Of a stretch of 64,000 nt of DNA, positions 1 through 13,023 are shown piece by piece. The translations under genes were made by a program, and so were the position numbers. The notes under the pieces were generated by a model, which worked only from the letters and a program-made list of their open reading frames with translations, was not told where the DNA came from and ran no database searches. Source of the stretch: Thalia democratica (taxonomy: Eukaryota); contig OZ241831.1 in the NCBI GenBank assembly GCA_965202585.1, forward strand, positions 41,602,001 to 41,666,000, in the 5' to 3' direction. Position 1 is the stretch's first letter. Every line of letters starts with the position of its first letter.

Positions 1-59
1 AAATATATAAACTATTTTCTGAAATTATATTCTAGCCTTTATTAAATTATAATTACAAA

Positions 60-284
60 AAGAGGGGGTCATGAGGAGTAAAGGAGCCACAGGGGGGGGC
101 ATGAGTTCATAATTTAAAACTTACACTAGATATTCTTGAGTTGCAGATAAAGAGAAAAAAAAAGGGTCTTTGGTGTTTTTTATCGTAATTTGTTCGTAGT
201 TTATGACTAATCTTGTTGAAAGAGGCCATGGCCTTTTCAATTGCTTTAAAAGGGGCCATTTTCAAAAAAGTTTGGGAAACCCTG
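60..284 (-). mobile_element. Truncated hAT-type MITE (same family as 29292-29543)
   Basis: Ends in the TIR TTTGGGAAACCCTG. Internal GAGTAAAGGAGCCACAGGGGG is the reverse complement of the 29450-region motif. Confidence 0.75.
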
Positions 285-704
285 GTTTAGATCATTAGAA
301 AATATTGATATATAATTATGTTTATAATTTTGGAACTCTTAGATATTGTAGATATAAAATCATATCACAGAAAATTGGCAGACTTTGCCAAATTTTTAAT
401 CAAACGATCTCAAAATTTCCGTATTTTTAAACCTATAGAGCCTAAACTTTAAACTTGTAGTACAAAGAATTCTTTTTTTACTTTAAGACTTTGTTTTTAG
501 AATCTATTAAAAACTTAAAAGCAATTAAAAATCTAAATATAGTAAAGTATGAGTTCAATTTGCCTTATTTCAATTCTTAAAACAATGATGTTTATAACAC
601 AAAAAATGCTTTGAGCACAAAAATTTTATAACAGTTATTTTTTTTTTAATTTTTATCTAGGAGTTTAATATCCTTTAAATAGTTTTGTAGTTTGAATTTC
701 AAAT

Positions 705-790
705 AGTTTGCACGGCCTCAACTTTGCACAAGTCGTCAATTTTACACGGAGTCATATTTTACCAGTAGTTACTTTTGACCGAGTGGTCAT
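705..790 (+). repeat. Degenerate TTTGCACG subterminal-repeat fragment
   Basis: Short spaced TTTGCACG/TTTACACG units like those at 2407-2740. Confidence 0.5.
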
Positions 791-2137
791 TTTTGTATGA
801 ATTTAAATGAACTAAAATTTTAAAATAAGCCTAACTCAAGCATGCAAGTATTATTGTGGAAATTATTTAGAATGAAATGGAATTAATACTATATTTATCT
901 AAATATAAAAATGTTTCTTACAAATAAGCTAACCAAAAGATAAGGTCATCATGTACGAAATGTCCGTTCGCACTATTTAAACTGTTTTTGATATTCTTAA
1001 TAGATGTTCTGTTTTTTTATACCAGGTTCAAAAATTACACTTATTTATTACTAGATGTAAAGCGTAATGTCGTTTTTTTACCAAAGGAGATCGTTGAACT
1101 TTCATAACCTTTAAGTATTTAACGTTTCTGTGTATAAATCTGTAAAATTATATCCGAAACAAAGTTGTAACAGTTTAAAATAAAACAAAAAAGCAGATTT
1201 AAGGATTTTATTAATAACTAGTATGACACTTCAACTTTACTTCAAAAACTATTATTTTTTTGTCACAGATTTAAATTTGAGTTTTTAAATTGAACAACAA
1301 TAGTTCTAAACTTTTTTGAAAATAAGGAGACAAATATACAACATTAATTAATCAAAATTTTATTTGTAAAACTAAGTTTTACCCTTTAAGAGATCTTTTG
1401 TTAATTTTTTAAAATGAAAAACAAAAGTTAAACAAAACATGGAAGATACTATTAAAAAAACAAAACAAGTAAATTAGAAATCATAACTTATGTTAGCTAG
1501 AAAGTTTTGAGTCTTAAACATGAAAGTTGTATATACTAGAATTACTAATTAAAATGAAAGCTAAATTGAACACAAAACTACTAGATTAAAAACGCAATCA
1601 GCTTAAAGTGAATAAATAAATTAAATAACTTACTTATTACCATACACAAAGGGATTTGAATTAAATTTGAAACTTGATAAATTACTAGCTATCTTAAGTT
1701 AACTGAACTGATCTAAAAGTGTAATGAAAGATTCTTTTAATAATATTGCTTCTATCATGATGACGTAACTAATGTACAATTTGAACTAAATTAATGCTAT
1801 TATTTAGTTTTCACAATTTAAAGTTTTATTGTATTTTTTAAGTCGGGCTAAAAACATTTTGTACTTATAAGTTAAAATGAATTAGGTAAATAAAGTAAAC
1901 TGATATGCAAAACAAACTAGCAGGCGCTTAAGTCTTAAATGAAGTTTCTTTTTAATGTGGACAATTGTTCCAATTCATCGATAAACATTTTAGAAACAAT
2001 GAAGTATTCAACAAAATTATTAGCAAAAACAATTGCAAAATTTCATAAAGCTAAATAAATAATATTGAAGTTATAATACAAAAATATAATAAGAAAACCC
2101 TAAAGAATATTTCCAAAAAAGAAAAAAAAGTTGTCAT

Positions 2138-2245
2138 CTACCGAATCCAAGATTTGGACTCGTATTCGAATTCGGCCGAATACTAATTTCAAAATGAGAC
2201 TCGGACTCGAATTGGGCCATATTCGAAATTTCGGATCCGGTAGAC
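2138..2245. mobile_element. Short MITE-like inverted-repeat element
   Basis: Termini CTACCGAATCC ... GGATCCGGTAG with CpG-rich TTCGAATTCGG motifs; related GGATCCG sequence at 12305-12420. Confidence 0.55.
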
Positions 2246-2406
2246 CACTTTAAACTTTTTGAATTTAATGCAATTGTTTATCATAAGTTAAATTAAATGT
2301 AAAATTAATAAATGATTTCACGCTTGAGTTGATAAAACAGTGCTTTTTCACACTTACAAAAGCCTTCTCACCTTTGATTTAAAGTTTTGCACACAGTGTA
2401 AAATCT

Positions 2407-5279
2407 GGGTAGCTAGCTGTCTAAGTTGCGCGAGCGTACAAAATCGCACAAGGGGACAAAATTACTTTTGCACGAAGACTAATTAGCACAACAGCGCAAA
2501 ATTGCACGAAGATAAAATTGCACGTAGACAAAATTGCACAAAGGCTCACTATTGCACGAAGACACTTTTGCACGAGGGTATATTTTTGCACGAGCAGACA
2601 ATTTTGCACCCAGAAAATTTTGCACGAGTGACAATTTTGAACGGAGGGTCAGTTTTGAACGGATTTTGTTGCGCAGGGACGTGTCAGAATTGTGCGTAGA
2701 CAAATTTGCACGAGAAGACTCTTTTGCACGAAAAAAATTATAGAATATTTAAAAAACAAAGAAATCAGAATTATATATTTTCATAACTAAATGATAGAAA
2801 AATAGGAAAAAAAAATGTAGTATTTAAAAAATTAAAAAATTTGAGTGATAAAATTTAATTACTAAATAATAAAATAAAAAAGAAAACCGAAAAAAAATAA
2901 GTAAAAAATTTTAAGTAAAAAGTAACTAATCAATTAAAAAAAAAATAACAAAAAATAACAAACCAAATAATAATAAAAAATAATAATAACTAAATTTAAA
3001 AAAAGTATGTACGATATTTTTAACTAAAAAAAAATTATTTCCAAGTAAAAAATTAAAACTAAATGTTAAATTGACCAAAATAAACAATCACAAAAATCAA
3101 ATAAATAAATGATAAATAATTTTAAAACAATTAAAAAATAGATAATATTTATAAAATTTGAATATTGATAAACTAAATTATAAATATATTAAATAAATCT
3201 CCAAAACAAAAGTTAATAAAATTAATTAAAAAAAGTTAAAATAAAAGAATTAACTTATTAAATACATTTAAAAGAATTAAGAGTAGTTAAAAAAGTTAAA
3301 AAGAACAATTTAAAAAATAAACAAAAATCAATTAAAAATATTTGTATAAATAAAATTGAAAACTAGATTATAAAATTAAATTCTAACCGTTATTGAAAAT
3401 AATTACCAAAAGGAGTTTTAGTAAATAATTTCTTTTCGGTACTAGCTTTATATAAAAATTTTTCTTTATATAATATATCATCATGTTTTCACATAAGAAG
3501 GGACCAACACGTGACCAACGCATTGAGAAACTGGATGATCTATGGGACTAATAAGCCAATAAAAAGTCAATCGGCAATAGGTGAACATCTGTTAAATAAT
3601 TTAGAATGCGCAAAAAACTATAACGATAATATGTTTTCAATTGTTTGTAGAGGACGTAACATGTATCATTTAAGTGTTTTAGAGTCTATATTTATTAAAA
3701 CTAATAAGCTAAGTTTATGCAAACAAAAATTTGTTTATAACTCTAATTTGTTTAAATTATTGTAAATTCGCTACTAAGTTTTGTTTTGGTTGTTTAATTT
3801 TATTTTAAGAAAGTTTAAATAAGTCGGTTTCCTCTTATTAAAATTGCTATTAATACTTTCAATTTCTAGTACTTAAGCTTTATACTTTAAATTTTGTTAA
3901 ACAACTTTATATTAGCATCGCCTAGTACATGTAATTTTATTTTCCTATTATGACGCATAATCTTACAACTTTATTAATTTTACTATTTTAGAAAAATCTA
4001 TTTAGTTATCTACAAAAACTATTGAAAAGGGTAGATTGAAAAATTTTTAGTTAACAAAAATAAAATATACTGCAAAATGAATTGTTGTCTTAAATTTTTA
4101 TAAAAAGAGTTTTGTTTATATTAATAATTTTTTTTTTGTTTAAATATTAATTAACTAATGGTAGCTGTTGTATTATTTTGTTTGTTTAGTCAAAAGCTTT
4201 TATCTCCTATTTCTTCTAAAAACCCAAGAAGAAAATTGCTTTTGACAGTGCTTTTTCGCTAGTCTGGGTTAGATAAAGAGATAAAGAGAAAAAACAGAGC
4301 ATGAGAAACTTAAGAGCTAATTAGCGTAAAACGCGTGCAAATAGTGATGCAACTAAGATAAAGTTTAGACCAATAGAAAATAATGATATATAAATTATGT
4401 TTAAAACTTTTATATAAAACAAAAATAAAACAGTTTTAAGTATGGTTTATAAAAGTACACAGCTAAAACAGAACTTTCTGTACAGTGCACATTAAAAATT
4501 TCATTAAACGGATTTTCTTCTTTCTAAATTTCTAAACTTTCTTTCTATTTAATTGTCTCACAATTTCCCATGCTCGTTTTTTTCTGTGCAGAGTATCTTT
4601 GTGCAATTTGTCCCCTCTTGAAATTTTGTAGCTCGTGCAATTTTAACACATACCTTTGTAAATATTATATATTTATTTGTATTTCTAATCTTGTTTTATT
4701 TCAAAATGAAGTTTAGTATAATTTGAGTTAAATTTAAGTTTACATCAATACATGTTTATTCTTTAATAAGGTATATTTTTAGTAAATAAAGTTCTAACTT
4801 TATTTCTATTAAAAAGTTTTCAAATTTATATTAGTTTTTAAACACAATCATTTAGTTGCAATTAGAAGTATATATATAAATTAAAAAAAATAGTTAAGTT
4901 AATATAAACCTAATTTTATTAAAATTAATTACACTTACACATGCTTATTACTTTTTAATAAAATATAAATGTCTTAATATATTTTTGATTTAGTTATTTT
5001 AAGTTAGTATTTTTTTGTGCAAAATTGACTCTCCGTGCACAACTGTCTGTCGTACGAAATTAACCTTCCGTGCAAAATTGTAACTCGTGCAAAATTAAGC
5101 TTCCGTGCAAAATAGTCTTCGTGCAATTTTGTGCCCACGTGCAAACTAGTTTTAGTGCAATAGTATCTTCGTGTATTTTTGTACACTCGTGCAATTTTTT
5201 ACTCGTGCAATTTAGTCCCCATGTGCAATTTAGCAACCTCGTGCAATTTAGTAACCTCGCGCAATTAAGACCCGTTCCC
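2407..5279. mobile_element. Foldback/Mutator-like non-autonomous DNA transposon with arms built from AAAATTGCACGA repeats
   Basis: Forward array 2407-2740 and reverse array 5010-5279 share the terminal GG..GTCT.A.TTGCGCGAG. Flanks GTAAAATCT and ATAAAAACT match 7/9, consistent with a decayed 9-bp TSD. An extra reverse arm sits at about 4580-4654. Confidence 0.6.
3490..3765 (+). mobile_element. Penelope-like retroelement 3' fragment (GIY-YIG endonuclease C-terminus)
   Basis: Frame reads RRDQHV...SAIGEHLLNN..C...Y....FSIV......HLSVLESIFIK..K.SLCKQ, a pattern typical of PLE ORF ends. Confidence 0.75.
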
Positions 5280-6489
5280 ATAAAAACTATGATAAGCTAT
5301 TTTTGTTAGACTCTCACTTAAAATTAAGTGCATAGTTCAATCGTTTAATCTCAGCTGTTTAGATAACAGCTCTTACTTATTCACTTTATGTTTAATTTTT
5401 TGTGTTAGCTCGTAAACCTATTTCTGTTCAAATAAAAATTTGGGTTTGCTCTTACGAGAATATAATTGATAAGTATACTTGTAGGTAACTTAATTTATTT
5501 CATTTTAGTAAGGTTTTCTTTAGGTCACCTCAGTTCAGTGAGATCTTATCTGGATAGCTCAGGCCTTACAAGGACTTATTTTCTAAACATATCTTTTAAG
5601 GTGCTCTTGAAAAGTTATGAAATCTATTTTTCGGATGAATTTGTGGAATTTAAGTAGTAAGGTCTACTTTACAAAGACCATGTAATTATTTTAAATACCT
5701 TCTGTTTATTAACACGCTTTTCAGCCTCCACTTAGGCGTTGTTGATTATATTTTAGTTGTGTCATAAATGACTTGTGACAAATATTGTAGGACTTACATA
5801 TTTACCTGTTAAAAAAAAAATCATGTTATTGTTTTTTTTTTAAGGGAGAGCATGTAAATTAAAATGTAGAATCTCAGTTATAATAAAGTTGTTTTTTTTA
5901 GATTTTATATAAAAGTCAATTATTTATACAAAGAAAAAAATTCAACTTTTACATAGTTTTTATCAAACGTTCAAGCAGGTGCTTCCATACTTTTAGCTAT
6001 ATACTTTTGTGTTAATATTTTGTATATATATTAAACTAATAATTCAGTTTATGAATTATACGTTATAAATTTAAACATATAATTTTCTTAGCTTTAAAAC
6101 AGTGTTCTAAAAAAACTGTTAATAACAAAATATTAATTAATTTTTGATAAATTTTTATTTTTTTTTTATTTTAGTGAAACTGTTTTATAAAAACAAAAAT
6201 TTTAATTAAAAAGAAGTTGTATCATTTTCTTTAGCAATAAGTTGAGATCTTTAGTTGTTATTTATCTTTAAATCTCTATATTTATTTAACTGCGCATTAA
6301 TTAAATGAAAATTTGAATTGCAAACATCGTGTTTGACATTACCGGGTAATGGAGTGTGAGTTGAGCACACTTGCCTAAACATTTTTTATTAAATTAAGGC
6401 TATGCCTAGTAATTGTAATACTAACTTGGATTATTTTCACGTTTTTTGCAAGACAATGTAAGAAACATTAAAAACAACAAACAAAACAA

Positions 6490-6700
6490 AAAGCCTTACT
6501 TCTTGTTCAAGATGTAGATACAAGGTGGAACTCAACATTTATAATACTATAGATATAGAGACTGAACTAGCTAAAATCAGGTGTCCCGTACTATATGGCT
6601 AACTACAAAAGTTGTCAAGATTCAAATATTACAGAATTAGAGAATTGAAACTGGTTAATCACAATATTCTACTGCTTGAACCTTTTTTTTTGTAACAAAG
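6490..6700 (+). pseudogene. hAT transposase relic
   Basis: 6508-6540 encodes QDVDTRWNSTF, the hAT D(V)xTRWNST motif, followed by in-frame stops. Confidence 0.75.
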
Positions 6701-8150
6701 AAATGTAGTAAAAACAATCGTAGTAAAATCATAAGTAAAAAAAATTAAAAACAAAGTTTTGAAACTTTATAATTATTTTGTACATTATCTTGTAACTTAA
6801 ACTAATACTTGAGTACAAAATACTTTAAGTATTGGGTGGTAAGTTTTATAAAACATTTTAATTACTTTTTTAACTTGAATAAGACGCAAAAAAAAGCTTA
6901 GCTATCTTGTTTAAAACATAAAAAAATTTAAACGAATTATATATTGAAATCTGAACTTAAAAAACTTCGAATGAATACAATATTTAGGGATTTAAACTTT
7001 CTATAAATTTTAGGCTCCAATAAACGGTTGTATTGACTCAAAATATAAATTAATAAGTATGAGTAACTAGGATTTTTCTTTTAAGTTTTCGGTTGTATAA
7101 TTTTTTTTAACTTAAAATCTTCTATACCGTTATTTTGATAATAATATATTTGTAAAATAAATAAACTAATTAAGTTTATATAATAAAATTAAAATTAGTT
7201 TAAAACAGTTGTATTTTTTTATTCAAACGATAACAAGTTTTGTAGTAGTCCGTAGTTTTCAAACTTCCTAAAATTTGTAAAATTGTTTATAAAAGTTACA
7301 GATTTTTCAATTTCTGAACCAAACCACCGGCCTAATTAACACAAAACTTACACAGTGACACACTGAATTTAAAAAGATCATAATCAAACAATTCAACTGA
7401 AGTAAAAAATTAAATAACGGTTTTTCAAGTAAAATAGTAAAAAAAAATCATAACAATAGTACTTCTTACCAAGATAAAAGTAGTTAGTTATAATGAAAAC
7501 AGCTAAAATCAAGGCTTAAAAACTAGCCAGGAGTTTCTGTAAAAGATATCAAATTTAACTTTAAAACAGAGCCTTTGTTAGTCTGACAATGTTGTATTTT
7601 AACAATATAAGTCGTAAAATTAACCGATTTTTGTCATAAGTAATTTGTTACTATTAATTGCGTGTTAGGGCGATTAATGCACAAAATTGTAAGCTTATGC
7701 AAAATTTAAGGTAACTCTAAAAAGTAAAATTGTTTACTAACAAAAAATATTATTACTTTTTTTTAGTTTGGATATTTAAAAAGTTTAATTGTTTAAGTAA
7801 AAAATTAACTTAATTCTAAAAGCTAAATTTACAAGGACCACACTTTTTTTGAATGCTTTTTTGTCGTATAATAAACTAAACTTTTATATTCTATATAAAA
7901 GTATAAATTTCTCAATTACATACTGAATTTTATTAACCATGTTTACCTTATGGTTTATATATGTTTGAAGAATATTGTTATCTATTGTTATTTCTAACGC
8001 AATAAGATAATAACTTAGTTCAATTTTTCATCATAATTTATTGTTACATTTTAACATGCTTAAGTATTTTTAACATCCTTAAATATGTTTTCTTAGTTTT
8101 ATAAATGCTTATGTGATAAAAACATACATTTGGTATGTTGATATTTAGAT

Positions 8151-8303
8151 CAGGGGTTTCCAAATCGATAAGCATCTCCTTTTTGGTAAAAATTTAGATG
8201 GAAAATTAGCCAGCAGTAAAGCGGTTATATCCAATGAAGGGTGGCGATTAGTTTTTAAGCTATGCACAGTGGGTAATAAAGAAATGTATTTTTAAAAACC
8301 CTA
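8151..8303. mobile_element. Degenerate hAT-type MITE
   Basis: Termini CAGGGGTTTCCAAA ... TTTAAAAACCCTA. Confidence 0.5.
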
Positions 8304-9004
8304 GTTTAATATAACCAGTATTTATAGACCGTATATACAAACAGAGAACTATTGAACTATGTTTAACGCTCGGTTCGAATTTCTAGTTATAAGTATTCCA
8401 GTTACAACCTAGCTCTTATGTTTAGATAAGTAGGTATTTATAACTAAAAAAGTTTTGTAAACTAGCTATAGTATGATATGACAAACATGCTTAACTTAAA
8501 TGCCTTTTAATTAAGGAGTGCAAAAAGGTTTACAAAATTAAATTTAATTGTAGTAAATTTGAAAGCAAAATCCATAAAATAATCTAGTGCAACGATTAGT
8601 TAAACTTGATTATTTACTTCTTTAATTTTAAGGTGCTTTTATAACAGTGTATGTAAGCTTTTTTTCAGTAGTACTTACGGCTATGGATTAAAAAGTCTTT
8701 TAATACTTATTTAGCTAAAGCTAATATTAATAAGGACAATTAGCGGATAGATTCACAATAGATCGCTCGTTCCGTGACTAAAAAACTGATAACTAGTCGA
8801 CTAGAATCAGCTTTGGGCCGAGAACTTAAATTGGCTTTAAAGAAGTGTTTCATGAAATATTATAATAGTTAAAAACAACTTTGGTTTTTAACGACAAAAA
8901 ATTGATTTCTAAATACATAAGCAAAATTTTAATGAATTATTTGTTTTCAAAATTTAAGAAATAAAATCTTTAATATGACGTAATAAAAGTATTTTAAAAA
9001 TGGG

Positions 9005-9012
9005 TATATAAA
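9005..9012 (+). promoter_or_regulatory. Candidate TATA box of SET gene A
   Basis: TATATAAA about 85 nt upstream of the ATG. AT-rich background limits specificity. Confidence 0.35.
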
Positions 9013-9093
9013 CTCAGTTTAAAATTGAATCTTAATTTTTTTGTTAAAGCAAAAATCCGCTTCAAAAGTAGTTGAAGTTGTCCAAGCAAAAAC

Positions 9094-10366
9094 ATGAGAA
9101 CAAAAGTAACAAAAAAAAAGTTAAATTATTGGTCAAGAAGGCAAATGGGGCGAAAGACTATTGCCCGCGCCAAAAGGCAAACGGGAAGAAAGACCATTGC
9201 CCGCGCCATAAGGCAAACGGGAAGAAAGAGCCTAGTCCCCGCCTTAAACCGACCGGCAAGTGAGATCGCCTTAAACCGACCGGCAAGACAGATCGCCTTA
9301 AACCGACCGGCAAGACAGATCGCCTTAAACCAACCGGCAGGAGAGATCGCCTTAAACCGACCGGCAAGTGAGATCGCCTTAAACCAACCGGCAGGACAGA
9401 TCGCCTTATACCAACCGGCAAGACAGATCGCCTTAAACCAACCGGCAGGAGAGATCGCCGTAATGCAACCGGATCGAGTGGTAGCCAGAAGAAATATTCC
9501 ACAAAACGAACACGTGAGAACATTTGCTCCGATACGAATCTTTATGGATGAAAATAATATCCCTCAATATCTGAAAGTTTTCCGAGAGCCAAATTATAGA
9601 CTTGCATATAGTCTTCCAGCAGCACCAAGAGACATTTTTGACGATTACTACAGATCTAATCCGCAAAGACATCACGTTTGGTCGGACCACATCGTGGTTA
9701 GGAGGGACCTTGAAATCGATATTTCCGCAACCCGAGGAAGTTATGTCAATAGGCAACAGTTGTTAAATTACAGCCATGACTATCTTGCCAGTCCTGAACT
9801 CTTTTTTTACTTGAACTATCTCAGTAATCGAATGGGACATGGACTGTTTCCTAATTGTGAAATACAACCAGGTATGTTTGATTGTTTTAGTTCTTGTTGT
9901 AATATACAATTCATTTGTACGTTTTGTTTCAGCACTTGCTCTTAACAACTTAACACTTTGTAATATTAACAACTGGTGATTTTCAGGCAGCATAATTGGA
10001 GAGTACGCCGGTGAGCTCATCACGATGCAGGAGTATCGTGCAAGGCTGAGAAGAGTGACGAGAAACGGAACCTGCAACTACTTTTTTGAAACCTGTATCA
10101 CCAACATGGTGATAGACGCGGGCCCGATTGGCAACCACACCAGATTTATCAACCACGATTGCGAAAATTTCAACTGCGCGATAGTGTTCGCACTTCACAA
10201 TGGCATCCCAAGGAACTATGTTATCAGCATTAGAAGAATTAGAGCAAACGAACAAATCTTAATGAATTACGGAAGAGATTATTTTACTGACACGGAATGT
10301 CTATGTGGATCGGATAATTGCGTTACTCGAATTCGGGATATAACAGATGAAGTTGACGAAGAGTAA
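9094..10366 (+). CDS. SET + post-SET lysine methyltransferase-like gene A, 385 aa; exons 9094-9871 and 9987-10366
   Basis: Phase-1 intron 9872-9986 (GTATGT...GATTTTCAG) joins two ORF-track fragments in frame (778+380 nt). The spliced product has the SET motifs MGHGLF, IIGEYAGELI, IDAGPIGNHTRFINHDC, EQILMNYG and the post-SET CLCGSDNC. AATAAA follows the stop at about 10375. Confidence 0.9.
9139..9231 (+). repeat. 36-nt (12-aa) coding tandem repeat, ~2.6 copies, encoding RQ(M/T)GRK(T/S)IARA
   Basis: Units start at 9139, 9175 and 9211. Confidence 0.95.
9241..9483 (+). repeat. 27-nt (9-aa) coding minisatellite, 8 full copies plus 1 degenerate, AL(N/Y)(R/Q)PA(R/S/G)(Q/E)I
   Basis: GCCTTAAACCRACCGGCARG...ATC units start at 9241, 9268, 9295, 9322, 9349, 9376, 9403, 9430 and 9457. 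Confidence 0.95.
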
Positions 10367-12215
10367 AAATGTACAATAAAAACAGCACTAGATTTTTGTT
10401 TGTGTTTCTTTTTTATTTAGTTATGTTTTGTTAAGTATTCACTCCCCAAGATTCATATAATACTTGGTAATAACACTAGTAAATTTAAAAAAATAAATAT
10501 AATTATTTCAATTTTTAACTTAAGTTTTTAATAAAAAAAAAGTGTAATTTATTTTTTAGATACGCTAGAAGTAACCCGATCATATCTAACCTAGTCATTT
10601 CTAACACGATATAACCCGATCATTTCTAACTCGATCAGTAAAAACTATCTTATTTTAATCAGGATTTAATTTAAAAGCAAACTAATCTTAAAAAAATTAT
10701 TCTTATTTTAAGACATAGAAATAAATAGTTTATATAGTGTTACTTGAAATTTGTTCTTGGTATAAGTTTTATTTTAACTTATTTTTTTCTTTATATCAAC
10801 CTGCTTCAATGGAAGTTGTTTTGGTTGAACAAAATTTTCTAAACTGTTTGACGCTTTTTTAAATTGTTTGTTGGATTCTTATAGTAATCTGTTATAGTTA
10901 TGCTTAAGTTGGATCTTCTTGTCAGTTACATAGTTAGAATTTTTTCAAGGCAAGTAAATTATAATAATTAGACCTGCAAAAATTTAATATTCAGATATCC
11001 AACTATTACAGTTTATAAGTTATGCTGAAGTCTAGCGCTGCGGTTGTTTACAAATCTGTTACTTTTTTATAGTCAATTAGCTTTTATTTTCAGCTTAAGA
11101 ATTTGCACAAGTTGTTCTATAACTTGCACAGGCCTACTTAGATAACCAAACTTATACAGAAGTTAGGCGAACTTGAACATTTTTCTTTTATTTCTAATCT
11201 TCGTATACCATAAAAAGTAACTGAAATTTTAAAGAAAGTTTACTAGACGAGATTTGATCTCATTTTTTAAATTTAAATTTCAAAGATTTAAAAAAAGTTT
11301 GTTGGTTCCCAGCAAAATTTACTGCTCTAAAGTTGAACTGTCTCTTAAAATAAACTGAAAATGTGCCAATTATGTAGTCAACAATACTACCTAAAACTTA
11401 AAACTTTTTGAATATGCCGCTTTTATAACAAGTTTTTACAAAAATGAATGTTAATTACGACTGATACTTAAAAAACTTCAACTTCAGAAAAACAAACTTA
11501 TTTGAATTAAGTTTTTTGAAACTTTACCAGAACATTGTACTAAAAATATTCTTTTAATTATCGAATGTTGGCTAAAAATTAATTTTAAAGGTAAAATACG
11601 TTTATACAATTAATTTTAGAAATAAAAATTCTATAAAACCAACAACTAATAAACTAAATTAAGACATCAGCCTTTGTTTTATCTTTTTATAGTAAGTCTT
11701 TAATTACAATTTATTAAAAGCATAGTAAAACAACAAATACATTGTTACATTAGCGGTTATTATACACAATGGAAGTTAAAAGTGAAAACAAATATGTTAA
11801 ATTACTAACTATTTAATTAAAGTAAACGTTTTCCGTATTCGTAAATTAAATCTTTGTTTTTGTTGCATAAATTATTTTATTATTCTTGAAAGTCACAAGC
11901 TAAACTTTAAAAATATGATGATTGACCTAAGAAACTATTTGATATTTTTCTAATTAAGTTAATATTATTCAAGACATTGGTAAACTTCGGCCTATGGTAA
12001 AAACGTAGAAAGCAAACTAAAAACTGCTGCAGGTACTTTTAAGCTTAAACTGTACTTGTTTGAAACAACTTAGAAAAAGTTAAAAACCAAAACTTATTGA
12101 TAGTTATTACTCAACTATTGTTTTTTGTTTAAATACCATTTATTTAGATAGTTATATTTATTATGATTAAAATATTATTGAAATAACTGCAGTCCCGCAG
12201 GACTTATTTTTATAC

Positions 12216-12869
12216 TAGGGGTACGCAACGTTTTTCAATATACGGGCCGGATCCGGAAAAATTTAGTATTTTGCGGGCCGGAGCTTTTCGAGTTAGTGAT
12301 TTACTGGATCCAGCCGAATAACGAGTTTTTAGATTTGAATCCGACTAGATACTTATTTTAAGTCGAGATACGGATCTGGTTGGATTCTAATGTAAATAAA
12401 AGTTTCGGATCCGGCCGTAATCTAATTTTATGGATACAGTTGATCACTTTTTTACATCCTTCAAATTGAAAAAACTTTCTCAAGTCTGACAACTTAAGAT
12501 GTAGATTGAGACATGTCAGATGTTTAAATAATGTCTATAAACAGAATTGACATTGTAATTGACAAAGGTACGTATTTAAAATAAATAAAAAAACACTTTG
12601 CTTGGGATATTTTACTAAAAGATATTCTAACTAATTTAGAGAAATATTATGACAAAATAGTGTGTTTATTAGTACACATTATTTTATAAAGTAGTTTTTT
12701 AGCATATTTTTTAAGTCAAATTCTTACAGTGATTTGTAAAAATATGATACAAAGTTATATACAAATGTTGTAGTATTGACCCTTTGCAGGCCTGTAAATT
12801 TCCTAGCGGGCCAGTAATTTTCATTTGCGGGTCGGATCCGGCCCGAGGGCCGTACGTTACCCACCCCTA
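12216..12869. mobile_element. Non-autonomous hAT element with intact TSD and nested inserts
   Basis: TIRs TAGGGGTACGCAACG / CGTTACCCACCCCTA, perfect 8-bp TSD TTTTATAC on both sides, subterminal GCGGGCCGGATCCGG motifs. Confidence 0.85.
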
Positions 12870-13023
12870 TTTTATACGCTGCGGCATGCGAGCAACTTTT
12901 TAAGGAAACTCGGCTTGTTACTTGTAAAAGACTACTGACACCTGTTTGTATACTAGTTTTTAATTTAAACATATTTTTTTAATTATTCAAATCAATCAAA
13001 TATTACGACAAATATCTCTACTA

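Noticed and set aside
2421-5309. ORF-track entries at 2421-2743 and 5004-5309
   Set aside because: They are translations of the TGCACG repeat arms, open on both strands with low-complexity products.
9241-9483. CRISPR-like regular repeats
   Set aside because: These are contiguous 27-nt units without unique spacers, in frame within a spliced eukaryotic ORF, with no cas genes.
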